From Mytilus trossulus (taxonomy: Eukaryota), in contig NC_086384.1 of NCBI RefSeq assembly GCF_036588685.1, positions 17,050,001-17,114,000 of the forward strand: a stretch of DNA of 64,000 nucleotides, written 5' to 3'. The notes under the pieces were generated by a model that saw nothing but the letters and a program-made list of their open reading frames with translations, did not search any database and was not told the origin of the DNA. The stretch's first letter is position 1, and each line of letters opens with the position of its first letter. Positions 35,131 through 49,005 of this stretch are shown here, piece by piece. The position numbers were made by a program, and so were the translations under genes.

Positions 35131-37269
35131 TATATATTTCACTTTTTTCTACCCTACGTTCTACCTATATCAGGTAGGGTTGCAATTTAATTTAGAGTCA
35201 TAAGAAACCTCAAATAAAAAAAATATTCATATATTTTTTACAACTAAATGGATAGTTTTCATTATACAACTTATGTACATATATTTGTTTTCTGAGGAAA
35301 ATTCTTTAATTTGTCCACATTTATAAGCAGTTTACGCAGTTTTAATTGCTTCCTTTTAGGAAGCAATTTGTCGACATATTTTCCGTATGCATAGTAACCT
35401 GAGCGTAACCCTCCTCGTAAAAATTCGGTGATCGCAATGCGCATGGATCTGTCATTAAAATAAACAAGTATCTGATTGTACATGTTAAATACGTGCTCAA
35501 TACCCATATTTTGTTATTTGTTTTTCTATAAGGTGACAATCTGAAGACTTCAGTTTCAAAACACGACATTTAATGAGCAGCCATATTTGTTAAATCAAAA
35601 CAAACAGAGAGAAAATAAAATTGACGTTTATACGATATATTTTGCGTAAAAAATGAGAAAATCGTGCACAGAGGACTAAGTTTATGAATTGAACATGCAT
35701 TGATTCAAGAATTGGATAAACATTATTTTTTACAACTCGTTTCATTTGACTTTAACTCATCAGTGTAAATTTTAAATTGGCTGACTTTAAATTCGATGCA
35801 CGCTTAAAAATCAATTGCCGTGCTTACAAAATCAAATTATTATATGCATTGTACATCATATACAAATTATAATCCACAAATACTATTTCTAGTAAATTAC
35901 AGTCCTCTTTTTGAGATCAGGCTGCATTTTAAATTAAATATCATCATAGTATGCATATGCTGTGAATATCACATACATGCTTTGTATCAAAATCACATCA
36001 AGGCCAGCATAAATGTGTTTGCAGTGTGCAAGCAAGGTTAAATGTTGTTAAATCGAATAGAGCATCTTTTCTAGCCAAGTGTAACGATCTACTCCTCTCC
36101 TCTTCACCCTTGACAGATTAAGCCAACATTTGAGATAACAATGTTGCGCCATCTATTGGTTGATTAAAGTCATGCCCATTCCGAATTCATTATTCCTGAC
36201 CAATAATAGCACTTAAACTCTTTTCAGTGTGGTAGCGTCTAGAGTCTACATGCTTGGTGAAGCAGTAAAAGACGATAAACATTGCGGACATCAACATGTG
36301 TGTAAAAATATACGCAGTTACTGCTGTTATATTATTAGTTGATTAAAAAACATTAAAATTGTCACTAAATATCTTCGTACGTTTTGAGGTGTACAGACTT
36401 GTTTCACAAACAGCACGTGATAAATGATTAACTACATTTTCTACATCTATAATTGATCATACTAAAGGTAAAATTGAGAATGGAAATGGGGAATGTGTCA
36501 AAGATACAACAACACGACCACATAAAAAAAAAACAGCAGAAGGTCACCAACAGTTCTTCAATGTGGCGAGAAATTCCCGCACCCGGAGGCCTCCTTCAGC
36601 TGGCCCCTAAACAAATATATACTAGCAGATTGCTGTATGTGCATATGATTAAGACAAGTAAAAGCTTAAAGGAAGATGGTCACACGAAAAGTATCATGAA
36701 TATGAGAACCAAACTTAATATGGTAGAAAAGACGGCAACGACAGGGAGGAGTTGCCATCATCCTCAACAAAGGTGATTGGATACAGCCAGTTACGACTGC
36801 AACCAGTGAAAATCGTTGCCTTTTGTCTCCAATATTATATCTCAATCCACCAATAGAGTATAGGAGTGTATCGTAACTCTTAGCGAAGATGCAAATATAG
36901 GCAAATAGGTCTATATAACAAAACAAAACACCAATAAAACATGGTGAACCATGTTGCCATTGATTGTATGGGTTTTCGTTTAAACGAAAGTCTACTACGT
37001 CGTCAGTTTTCTGTTTATACAGCTAAAAGTTGTTGATTGTGATTGAGACCAACTGTTTGCTTTGTTCTTCCAAGGTGAATTTTGTTATATGGTTGTTCAA
37101 ACCTTTTTTACCATGTTTATTAACGCACTACAGGGTAGTCATGTATCTAGTGTATGGGACTGTCCTATGGATATCTTATGCCGTTTTGGTAAAAGAAAGG
37201 CGAGTGAGCAAGTCTCTCCTGCCAGTACATAGCCTCTCAGTACCATGACTTAAACACTATCTTTTTCAC

Positions 37270-37760
37270 TACAGCACATAACTGTGCATTTGTATTCAGA
37301 TATCGCAGATCAAATTTATTCGTTCATTGTGTAATCATACGTTTTTTGATTGAGTTAAGTCTGCCAATTGATATTTTATCGTATGTTTTTATATGTTGTG
37401 ATGTTATGCTACTGTTTCAGAAAAAGGGAGAAGGTTTGGATCCATTAAAACGTTTAATCCCGCTGCAAATGTTTGCACCTGTCCTAAGTCAGGAATCTGA
37501 TATACAGTAGTTGTCGTTTGTTTATGTAATATATACGTGTTTCTCGTTTCTCGTTTTGTTTATATAGATTAGACCGTTGGTTTTCCCGTTTGAATGGTTT
37601 TACCCTAGTAATTTTGGGGCCCTTTATAGCTTGTTGCTCGGTGTGAGCCAAGGCTCCGTGTTGAAGGCCGTACTTTAACCTATAATGTTTTACTTTTTAA
37701 ATTGTTATTTGGATGGAGAGTTGTCTCATTGGCACTCACACCACATCTTCCTATATCTAT
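37270..37760 (+). mobile_element. Interspersed repeat (third PLE-like 3'-end family)
   Basis: Its terminus matches 3485-3562; carries a twister-like motif. Confidence 0.6.
37417..37500 (+). ncRNA. Twister-like ribozyme, third repeat family
   Basis: UCAGA/UCUGA; GGGA-GAAGG; UGGAUCCA; AAACGUUU; AA-UCCC-GC-UGCAAAUGUUUGCA-CCUG-UCCUAAGU-CAGG; predicted cut U37455/A37456. Confidence 0.72.
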
Positions 37761-38195
37761 GTAAACTATCCATTACTAGACTACCTTTGGGTACATACCA
37801 GGGGTAGATCCAGACATTTTTAAAAGGTATTTCAACCAAAAATATGGGAGGAGGAACCAAATGTTTGTACTCATTCATAAGCATTTTCAATATAGTTTCA
37901 GTTTTTATGTGAAATAAAAAAATACTTTCGAGAATGTAAAGTTTTAACTGCCATTTCAGAATTGTCTGCTTTTGGTCAATTTATTTTGTCATCTTACCAT
38001 GTAAATAAGTACATGTACAGTAAAACACCGCTTTATATCAATAACATACTTACACCAGCAGCTACCTTCTTTTCATTCTAAAGTGAAGGGCCTTTTGAAA
38101 TCCCATTTTTACAATGATATTAGTGAGTCGATTTACAAAACTATCTAGATGAGCTACTTCTAGTCAACCAAAACATGTCAATAGACTAATTTTAG

Positions 38196-39144
38196 GGTAA
38201 CAACGAAATAGGGGACCAAAAGGGTCTAAAATTAAACTTTGTTTGATTTCATAAAAAAAACGAATTGTTAGGGTCTTTGATATGCCAAATCTAACCATGT
38301 ATTCAGATTCTTAATTTTTGGTCCTGTTTTCAAATTGGGATACCTTAAGGTCCAAAGGGTCGAAAATTAAAATTTAAGTAAGCTTGATTTTAACAAAAAT
38401 TGAATTCTTGGGGTTCTTTGATATGCTGAATCTAAACATGTACTTAGATTTTTGATTATGGGCCCAGTTTTCAATTTAGTCCAAATCGGGGTCCAAAATT
38501 ATTACATTAAGTATTGTGCAATAGCAAGACATTTTCAATTGCACAGTATTCAGCAATAGCAAGAAATCTTCAATTGCACAGTATTGTGCAATAGCAAGAA
38601 ATTTTCAATTGAACAGTTTTGTGCAATAGCAAGAAATATTCAATTGCACTGTATTGTCCCATGTTCAAATTCGTCTACATTAAGGTTCAAAGGATCAAAA
38701 CTTAGACTTTGTTTGATTTAAAAAAAAATGTAATATATGGGTTTCTTCAATACGCTGAATCTAACCATGTATTTAGATTTTTAATAATGAGACACGGTTA
38801 TCAAATTGGTCCACATTGAGGTCTAAAGGGTAGGAACATTATTTGAATTCATCAAAAATTGAATTATTGGGGTTCTATGACATGCTGAATCTAACCATGT
38901 ATTTAGATTTTGGATATTGGACCATAAAAGGTAAATGTCCAATTTAAAAAAATTATTAAGTTTTTAAGTTTAAGTTCTTAGACCACGTTCATTCTGTGTC
39001 AGAATCCTATCTTGTGTCAACTATTTAATCACAATCTAAATTCAGAACTGTATCAAGCTTAAATGTTGTGTCCATACTTGCCCCAACTGTTCAGTGTTCG
39101 ACCTCTGCGGTTGTATAAAGCTGTGCCCTGCAGAGCATCTGGTT
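38196..39144 (-). mobile_element. Partial Helentron/HINE-like non-autonomous element with internal repeats
   Basis: Recurrent ~130 bp units (atgctgaatctaaccatgtatttagatt), 4.2 copies of a 35-bp unit at 38511-38657, and a GC-rich hairpin-like terminus at 39095-39144. Confidence 0.55.
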
Positions 39145-40090
39145 CTGCTTTGTATTGGTCTAATGAATTATGAACTTTTTAACTGTTTTTTATAGTTATT
39201 TCTTATGTGGTACTGTTACACCGCTGTCCAAGGTTAGTGAGGTTAGTGTTTTCAAACTTAACCCTACCACATTCTCTGTGTGCCTATCCCAAGTCCTTTG
39301 CCTGTAGTTTAATGGTTATCATTGTACCATATGTGTAATATTTGTTATTTTTCTTATATATTTTTGTTATGAATACCGCCATAAGTATTCCATAATATCC
39401 ATGTCAAAGTCATTAATGGGTTTCCTCATTGCTGAAGATCTTATGTTTACCTATAATTGCTTATATCTACTTGATTTAACCATTGGTTGATAGTTGTTTG
39501 ATTGGCATTCATACCACATTTCCTTTATATATATAGACTACATTCCATGGTTCACTGCCAATTTTCAAGCATTTTGTTTGCACAACCATGGATCGTCCTC
39601 ACTATTTGTTTTCAATATGGCAAAACATGTATAGTATTTTCAAATTCTTAGCAAAGTTAGCAAACTTGTGTAATGCTTTTCGTATATCCTCTATTTATGA
39701 AGTGTACAAAAAGTATCAGAACTATTAATTGTATTTTACTCCTGGTCTAACTTTATATCTCACAGGAAATGTGTTTCTTCTGGTGTTTTTTCTAACTAAT
39801 TAACAGCAAGGTACCAGATAAATACTGATGTAAGTAAATTGAAACCAGTCATGAAATAAAAGTAATATATAAATCAAAGAAAGATAATTCATGAAATATT
39901 TTTATTCAGGCAAGATGACTTTTTTTTTATTATACTTATTTTTTTTTATGTTAAATCCTCTTTTCAACTAACAAAACAATAACTAGATGTTTAAAATAGA
40001 AGTATAACAATACACATTGAAGATACATAATTACAAAAGCTTAACTCAACACTGCCTTTGGAAAATGTTGAAGTTTTTATCTGAAATATA

Positions 40091-40303
40091 GACTGTGGAT
40101 TCATTTTTATTCGTTGGATAACAATTTTTGTGGGTTTCATGGATACAATAGAACCACGAATTTTACTTTTTCAATAAAAAAATGTTTTTAATATGCTTTG
40201 CATACATGGATTGGAAAAAACGTGCAAATAAATATCCACCAATATGAAATTTTCAAGCAAACCACGAAAATCGATACCAAGGAAAATAAAGGAAACCAAA
40301 GTA
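40091..40303. mobile_element. Degenerate MITE
   Basis: Ends actgtggattcattttta / aaataaaggaaaccaaagta are imperfect inverted repeats. Confidence 0.45.
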
Positions 40304-42038
40304 GCTTTTGGAAGTTAAACCATTAAAAATATTATTTTAACTTTTAATATTCCTAGCTTTTATGATTCTTAACATGCAACATTCTCTATAAAAAAGGAAA
40401 AGGAAAATTAAGGATATGTCCTAGATTAAAAACAATCCTTGTAAAATTAAGTTCTTTTCTGATCATTTAACTATTAAAAGGAATTTTTGCTGGGAAAATA
40501 AAGAAAATAGTTTGTTTGATAATTAAAACATTTACTTCAGGCACACATCTGTCAAATATTTAAAAACAAATGATACACATTGTCTTAAATCATAAACAGT
40601 TGGATGCAGACAGCTTCTTTATCACACTTTATTTCTTATTAAGAAATATGAACAACAAAAATAACTGTCTATATAATCAGTTTTATTTCTACAAACATGT
40701 AACACCCTTTCTCCTATATATGGAGCTATGTATTTGACGGTACAATTAAAACGAAATTAAAAAGATATGGTATATTTATGGTTAAAATTTTCTTTCAGAA
40801 TAAGACCACAAACTATTCCAAATTAAACGAACTATTGGTTTTGTAGCTTTTAGTCAAACATAAGGAGTATGGGTTGTAGAGATGAAAATAAATCTACTTC
40901 GCAATCCATAAATTGAAAAAAAAAATAATATTTACTCTTTAAAGATTAATTCATAAACAATTTTCAAAAAAAGTTGAATTACCTTCCTTTCCATTTTTTT
41001 CAAAACTCATTTTTCCATTTTGATATTATTTGAAAATCTCAAAATGAAACAAGCATCTGTGTTTATCATTAATTCCTATACAAAAACAATTTGCCTTGTC
41101 CTAAATAGATATAGAAGAAGTGATAGTTGGTTCAGTATAGTATACGATACGTGCCATAAATTTACTTAGGGATACCAAATGTCTATCAATATTGTTATTT
41201 TTCGTGCTTTAATATAAAATACTAATTACTAAATAATTCACAATTAAAACATACAAATTCATACAAGCCTTGTATATATATTTTTTTATTATTCTAACAA
41301 GTGTTGTATCATACAAATAGGGTTTCATATGATATGACAAGAATTTCCTAAAACGAGATATATAAATGTAACTGACACGGAGGAGCTGGAATTTAACACT
41401 ACGAGGACTATTTTATTCATCGTCTGGTATCTAATTGTAACAAAAGTTTAATTATGATTTATGAGTTCATACATGTAACTGTTTACATTTCTTTCATTAC
41501 ACTTCATTACATGTACACTTCATTATATATTTGTTATGAATAATGTACATTAAATGCAATCAAAGTCATAGTAATATATTGTTAAAGCCACATTATGCAA
41601 TATACATAGATGCTTTAATGTTATATGATATATCAATGTAACGTACTGTGGATGTACAGGTTACTTGTAAGGTTGCAAAAAATTTTGAATCATTTAAAAA
41701 AAAGTAATGATATAAAAAAAAATCATGCCAATAAGGATCGGATTGATGTTGGTGCGCTATTTTCACACAATTATACCATAAAACATTCATGCATTTAAAC
41801 CTCTGCTTATCAAATATAGAATATTTAGCGTAGACGTTGTCAGACAATTAATGTTATTTTTAAGATCTTCTAATCATAGTAAATTATCTACAGTATTTGT
41901 ATACTTCATTTTTTTTATTCAAGAATATGGAAATATCGAAACCTCTAAAAACTTATTTTAATAGTTTCAAATTTGTTATCTATATCAGCTAGATATACGA
42001 TATATAAAAACTCATCCTAGATACCAGGTTAAACCTTT

Positions 42039-42074
42039 GCGCGTTTCGTCTAAGATGACTCATCAGTGACGCTC
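42039..42074 (-). repeat. Truncated hammerhead-family repeat (paralogous relics at 21735-21770 and 53458-53489)
   Basis: Reverse complement GAGCGUCA CUGAUGA GUC-AUCUUA-GAC GAAA CGCGC; cleavage triplet and stem I 3' strand missing. Confidence 0.65.
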
Positions 42075-44584
42075 AAATAAAAAAAGGGGCAAAAGAACGA
42101 ACGAAGTAAACAGTTGAAAAGCATTTCAAAATGACTAATTATTATTATTTTGTCTGTCTTTTTATAGTTGGCTCATTATCAACCATGCCACATCCCTTAA
42201 ATAGAAGTTTCAAACTTGTCAAAATCATACATAGCTGACTACCGTATGCGGTATGGGCTTTAGTCATTCTTGAAGGCCGTTCAATGACCTATAGTTGTTC
42301 ATTTTTGTGCCATTTCGGTCTCTTGTGGAGAGTTGCCTCATTGGCAATCATACCACATCTTCTTTTTGTTGTAATTACGTATGATAAGGTAATCAACAAA
42401 AATGAAAGAGCAATATAAATAAGAAAAATAGCCGTTCTATCACGAAGAGTGCTCGACTAAGAGGATTATAAATCATTTATCCAACTAATTGTTTTTTCCG
42501 TTTTAAATATGCCTATTCAATATTGAATTTCCAATTTGTAACACTAGGATTTATGCTACGTATCTCAGAGTAATATAATCAAAAGAATATATTCAACAAC
42601 GAAGACATACACGTATCAAAGTAAGGTAAACAGCAATCTAATGACATATATTTAGACACATATATTAACATAGCATGTTTGTAGTCAAATTAAAGTATTT
42701 TCAATTGGGTATTACGATGTAGTATTGTAGTCTGTAAATATTGTGTAAGGATTATATTGTAACAATCAGAAAAGTATTTAAAATAAAAACACAGATCAAT
42801 TTTTCTATTCTGGTGTATTGTTTGAATCGTGATCTAAACACCTTTGAAAGTTCTTTACATGTTTTTTTCCAAACAAAATATTTTACCTTTTTTGCTTTAT
42901 TCATCTACTTTTTGTTTAAACAAACTATCGCAATCCTCTAATTTGTCTGATTAATACACTCCATTTCAACATTGCCACGTTGATTTGATGAAGGTACTTA
43001 ACCATGATTTATTTCACAGATTTCACATGGGAATAGGCGCCTTATAAATTAATCATTTTGTACATATTCCAAGGGGAAACTTGATGCATAGCATTTTTTT
43101 TTACTGTTCCATTGCATTTAATAGAAAAAAGAGGACTTTGTGACAAATGAATCAGGATTTTAACAAATTCGAACAAAAATGGCTACAGAAGGGTACATAA
43201 ACCTTATTGCTACACAAACATGGATTTGAAATAATGCATTTTGTCAATTGGAGCACCCTGAGTACTACCCAGCTTTCGGTACGGTAAGATCCTAATTTTT
43301 CTTTTTTCGTTAATGTTGATTGTCTTACAAAGATATATATTTAAAAAAAATCATATATGCAATTCTTAAGTGGTATAGTATATCCGACATCGCAAATCGA
43401 GATCCCCATTTCCTTATGCATTCTGGATAGAGATTGGGCATACATACATGTGATATGCATTAACATGGATTTTATATGTTGCAACTTTACATGAAATATA
43501 ATAGCTCCCAATTTATTGAAATATGTATATATATATTATCACCCAACGCTGTTTCGTTTCTAGGGATATTTTTTGTTAAAAACAAACACGTGGAGACCTA
43601 GTATATTCAATATTAAGTTAGTTGGTGGGGTTTATTTCAATATACTGTTAGTATTGTTGTTATGTCCCTTTATTCCCTTTATACTAACATCGTGGTGTTG
43701 AATAAAAATCCGAAGTATTTCAACAGACGACGAAATTAATAGAATGATTGCAATTAATTAATAAGACACATTTTGTAATTTGTTATTGTTGGCATTTGAT
43801 TTTGTACAGACCAATGGAGGTCGATTACTTTTATAGGTCACTTTATTTGAAAAACCACATGGTGATATATTCGTTACATAATGTGCTAGTGACCTAAAAC
43901 GATATATAAAGGGTCCGTAAATTCCATATTGGGATCGTACTATGCAACTTATATTCTTTCAAAGCTTCTACAAAGGTTTAAACACAGACATACAAACATG
44001 GCAGAACATTTTCCCGACAATCATCCCGAATGTCCTATTTTATGACAAGACCTACCTTTTGTTTTTTTATTGTTAACTTGTTCTCGTCCTGAACATGCAT
44101 AGACTGTTTGCCACTGGATGTTAAGCAACCAACAATCAATCAATCAATCTAATATAAAGACGCAAGAATTTTGCCTAATGGTGCAAGTCTTATAACATCA
44201 CTGATGGTTCGCCAAAGGAAAGCAGAATATCAAAAGAAGTTGGTTTTAGCATCACCTTGTCACACACCAAATCTCTGCGAAACTTCAATAGTACTTTTCC
44301 TCCGATCACTTGCATACCTTTATTGATTTGAAGGTTAAACATTGACATGCAATGTATTTTCACACAATATCAATTAAAGTCATTATCCGGAAAAAACTCT
44401 TATCCAAAGGATTTGGTAAACTTTTATAAAAAGTCAAAATTTTATTAACAGAAATATAACTTATTTACAAAAAATACACGAACGAACTACTATATATATT
44501 CAATTCACTAAAAAATAAATTAACGTATCATACAAAATGTATATAATCATATCGAAACTATCACATTCATTGTGAAAAAAATAC

Positions 44585-45187
44585 AGGGTGGAGCTGATTG
44601 ACAGATAGGAAATTTCCGTTTAAAAAAAGTACAAATGATCTTGTTATTTTTGAGTGTTTGACAAAATTGTTTAGAATTTGCCGAACAAAATTTGCATGGA
44701 GGACCGCAATGCTAAGTTTTGTCCTCTCAAATGTCAAATACTGTTTGTAAATCATATGTTTCCTCGTTTTCAAAGAAAAACGTGTTAAATGTATATCTAA
44801 AAAACAGCCAACTTTAAGTTTGAAAGTTTTATTTTGGGATGGTATCATATTTATGTCTTCATCATTCCGATGATCTGTAATGATATGTGCACCGAAAATA
44901 TTTACCAAAATAGCGGGAAATTTAACCAAACATATATTTTTGAATTTTAAGATAACTACACAATACCATTAATTACCTCCATTAAAGGGATAAAATGTGA
45001 GAAAAATTTAGGGTGGAGCTGATTGACAGATAGGAAATTTCCGTAATTAAAAAAAGTTACAATTTAATGATCTTGTTATTTTTGAGTTTTTGACAAAATT
45101 GTTTAGAATTTGCCCAACAAAATTTTCATGCAGGGTCGCAATGCTAAGTTTTGTCCTCTCAAATGTCAAATACTGTTTGTAAATCAT
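44585..45187. repeat. ~175 bp direct duplication (44585-44755 and 45010-45187) downstream of TRIM-like gene 2
   Basis: Both copies begin agggtggagctgattgacagataggaaatttccgt and end ctgtttgtaaatcat. Confidence 0.88.
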
Positions 45188-45335
45188 GAAACTTTTTACA
45201 ACCAGATGAAAATTAAAATATAAACATTATTATATCATTTAAAACAAATTGCAGCCGTGTGTTATTCCGGACCATTAAACTTGTTAACTAAGCGCCTTTT
45301 TCGAGGTCAGTTGCAGTACTAATATCCAACAGTTA

Positions 45336-47033
45336 TTACTGAACATCGAAAACAAATACCTGACAATCAAGTTCATTACAAACTAACAATTGATTCCTTT
45401 TAACATTAAAATGAATGCAAAATGGATAATTCAGTCCTCTACTTTTGTCTAGAATACGTTTAATCTGATGTCCATCTGATGATATCACGGTGATACCACC
45501 AGTATTATCAGCAGCAAATACTACATCGTTTAATCCACACGTGATACCATACACTTCCGTTAGTAAATCGTTTGTAACTGTCCACTGAGTGTTGCCTTGT
45601 CCATCACAACATACTACACGTTTCTCTTTCCATATCGGATAATATATCTGGCCAGAGCTTCCTACGCACAGTCGAGGTGTTGAAGTGCTATTGAATGTAA
45701 AGTCTGATATCAATGTTCCTGATATTGTCATTATTCTGATACCTTTAGCTGCGCAACGTACATATAGTTTGCCGTCTTTATACGCCATTCCACATACATC
45801 AACTGGAGATTTGAATATTGTGTCTAATTGCTCGTATTTAGTATTCAACGTACAAACTTTCTTTTCATGGACAAAAGAAATTGCTATCATATCTTTATCT
45901 ATATAGGTAATGTCGAAAGGTTTCCATTGCTGTTTAAATTCCTTAATACGACTCCCGCTCTTGTTGTACATTAGAATTGTTTTGTCTGTCTGATTTACCA
46001 ACAGTATTTCCCCACCAGGTAAAATCTCACACCCGGTCAATCTGATTTTCTCACTTTGAACTTTAAACGAAGTATTTTTCTTTAATGTAATTGAGTGTAT
46101 GTCTGTAACATATTCTCGTCTTTTGCTGGGTAATATTATTTGCGCCTGCTTTTCTGTGGTTACTTCTAGATCTGTGCAAACTGAACTGTCAGATGTTTTG
46201 ATGGAAATTTTACCCCAACTGTTGATGTCCTTCTGAAACGATTTGAGACCATCTGATACTTTACATTGTACATCAACTGTTTTCATTTCAGGTTTACTTT
46301 TTATATCTTTGATATAAGAAAGTTCTTTCTCCACATCCTTTTCGATTTCACGTAGAGCCAAAAATACTTGCAAATCTGTAGCATGACTTTTCATCTGATT
46401 AATGTTGTTAATGGCTATTTCAACGAGTTTTATTTTACTATCTATTTCAGAAATGAAACTTTGAATTGTTGTCTTGACCTCGTTCTGCTTGTCTTTCAAG
46501 TTCTTGTTCATTTCTGATTCCAGAGCGTCCAGATGACAGCTGATCTGTTTCCTGAAATCTGCTATTTCTTTCTGGTAAGTTGTAGTTTTCTCGTCAATAT
46601 GTTTTACGTTTCTTCTTTTTTCGTCCCTTATCTTTTGAAAAATGCTTTGAATTTCAGATAAATTGTGCTCGATATTCGTTACAGATGACGATGTTTTGAT
46701 ATTTTGTACAACATCTCGAAGCGAATCGATCTCACATTTTTTGTGATCTTCTTTCACACATTTTACACAACATGGCAACACATGGTTGGTACAATAAAAT
46801 TCATATTTCTCTTCGTGTACACTGCAGTGGTGTTTGATTTCCAGTGCAGATCGCGGAAGATTTAAATAGTCTCTAATTGATATTGTTTTATGATTCTTTG
46901 TTAGTTTCCTACGGGTGTGAAGATCATCACATTCGATACAAATAGCTTCTTCACATTCGGAACACCACGATGCTGCTGGTTTAGAGATATTCTGGAGTTG
47001 GCAGACATCACATAAGGGTTCTGCAGTCGCCAT
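45336..47033 (-). CDS. RING-less TRIM-like protein 2 (B-boxes, coiled coil, NHL-like propeller), 565 aa
   Basis: Intact ORF paralogous to 23767-25455; acceptor ttttaaaag/GCAAGATG. Confidence 0.93.
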   Translation of the reverse strand: MATAEPLCDVCQLQNISKPAASWCSECEEAICIECDDLHTRRKLTKNHKTISIRDYLNLPRSALEIKHHCSVHEEKYEFYCTNHVLPCCVKCVKEDHKKCEIDSLRDVVQNIKTSSSVTNIEHNLSEIQSIFQKIRDEKRRNVKHIDEKTTTYQKEIADFRKQISCHLDALESEMNKNLKDKQNEVKTTIQSFISEIDSKIKLVEIAINNINQMKSHATDLQVFLALREIEKDVEKELSYIKDIKSKPEMKTVDVQCKVSDGLKSFQKDINSWGKISIKTSDSSVCTDLEVTTEKQAQIILPSKRREYVTDIHSITLKKNTSFKVQSEKIRLTGCEILPGGEILLVNQTDKTILMYNKSGSRIKEFKQQWKPFDITYIDKDMIAISFVHEKKVCTLNTKYEQLDTIFKSPVDVCGMAYKDGKLYVRCAAKGIRIMTISGTLISDFTFNSTSTPRLCVGSSGQIYYPIWKEKRVVCCDGQGNTQWTVTNDLLTEVYGITCGLNDVVFAADNTGGITVISSDGHQIKRILDKSRGLNYPFCIHFNVKRNQLLVCNELDCQVFVFDVQ

Positions 47034-48901
47034 CTTGCCTTTTAAAAGGTAAACAGCAATGTGTATCAAGAAAGTGTCAAAAGAAAACTATTTTATAGAT
47101 AAAGCATTCTGATTTGCAGGTCCATTGAAAACAGAGGCCAAATATAACGACAACGAAAAGACAAAAAATAATAACAAAATATTAGCTTAGCTATTAGTAT
47201 TGCCTTAACTGTATTTGGCAAAACTTTTAGAAATTGTGGTCCTCAATGCTCTTCAAGTTCATACTTTTTTTACCCTTTAGACGCGCGTCTGGCGTATATA
47301 CAAAATTAAGTCCTGGTTTCTATGATGAGTTTATTTACATAGAAAATTATAAAAGATTGAACAACACAAAACACCAAACAGGATGCCCATCGGGGTTTTC
47401 TCTTTTCAGGCGTTTAAGTCTGATAGAAATATTGACATGATGATAAAGATAATGATTGATCCAGTCACAATAAAGATAAACATACGTCTTTTTACATGTG
47501 ATGTACGATCTCGTTTTATTCTTTGCTTCTTTGCATAAATTGTCTCAGTTACTTATTTCAATGACGAAAAGCCTTTATGAACAAGGTTTATAATTTCTTT
47601 AGAAGAATTTCAAACTGGGATTTACAAATAAAAATAATTTTCCAAATGTGTCATTGATAACAAATAATTTTGTTAAATTCACATTCATCTACGGCCACTA
47701 AAAACTTTCGGTTTTATTTTTCTTATTTCAACCAAAATATGGGTTCAAACTTTTTACTTCCTCAAGGCAGCTTGTTTTGGTTTTCATTTAATTGTTTAAT
47801 GGAGTATTCTCTTTCTTTCTTACTTGTTCAAAAATGATACACTGTTTTAAAGTTAAAAATAGAGGCTAATGATTTGAAAATCAACTTACAACGCATGTAA
47901 AATAAATGACAAAGAAAAATATAGAAAACATAACATAGAAAAACTTAGGCCTGAACAAAACGACCTCCGACAGTAGCTTCGGCAGAGAAAGCAGATCCAG
48001 CCCCGTACTCTGCACCCGCCTCATGTTCCTAGTACAAACTAAGGTTATTTTTTAAGCATGTGTCTGTGTTAACTTACGTAATTCTTCTACTCTTATCATA
48101 GTTTAAGTCTCACTCTTTACGATACATGTATCACAAACAAAAATCATAAATATTATGATGTGTCAAAAAAATATCAACGAAAGAGATACTTAATACGCAA
48201 TAGAAAATGATTAACGAGCAATTTAAAATTAAATGCCGAGAGTTGACAAATATGTGTATTGCATGAGATACGTTGGAGGAATCTGTTTCTCTAATGATAT
48301 TTAGACGATATACAGGCAATCCTATTTCATTTGTTTTGATTGAATACATAACGATGTTTTTTTTCAAGTGACGTCATCGGGTATTATCATCTTTTTCATG
48401 ACACTACCGTATTATACTCAGAAGAAAGCAAGAAAAACATATTTACGTCGTTTTACGTCATAATCGAATGTTGACCAACAAAGAACTGAGATCAAACGAA
48501 CCACACATTGAATTAATAAAAATATTCAGCAGGGTCAGGAAAGCGTTAAATCGCTTAAGAATAAGAGAAATCACAATATTCAACATTTTACTGTTAAAAT
48601 GACCAAAATAATATATTTATACAAATTAAAATCAGATGTTTTCAAAATGGCATTTACCATGTATATTAAATACATGTATACATATGGAACAAGCAGGAAC
48701 ATGTATAGTACTCCGTTTACTATATATATATACATATATATAAGTATCTGGGACAAGGTCATATGTAATAAATTGATGAAAACAGACGCTTGCGTATTTA
48801 CAGACTATAATTCTCGCTTGTTATTATAAAATTCTTCGTTTCATTATCAAAAAAAGGATTGCAATACCATGTAAACAAATGTTTGTGTGAAAAGTTCTTA
48901 C

Positions 48902-49005
48902 CCAACAGATTGTATTCATGAAGCCAACAATGATAAACAAAAATGTCTACTCGACAAACAAGGTAGTTCAATACACAAGGAGGTCATGTGATCGCATTTG
49001 TGGCC
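48902..49005 (-). other. Putative non-coding first exon of TRIM-like gene 2
   Basis: Donor TGG/gtaaga; homologous to 35035-35130. Confidence 0.6.

Noticed and set aside
38511-38657. 35-bp repeats as CRISPR-like
   Set aside because: No spacers; an internal tandem of a non-autonomous element.
44603-44618. GGAAATTTCC NF-kB-like site in the duplicated block
   Set aside because: Lies 3' of the gene, lacks the leading GGG, and such matches are expected by chance.
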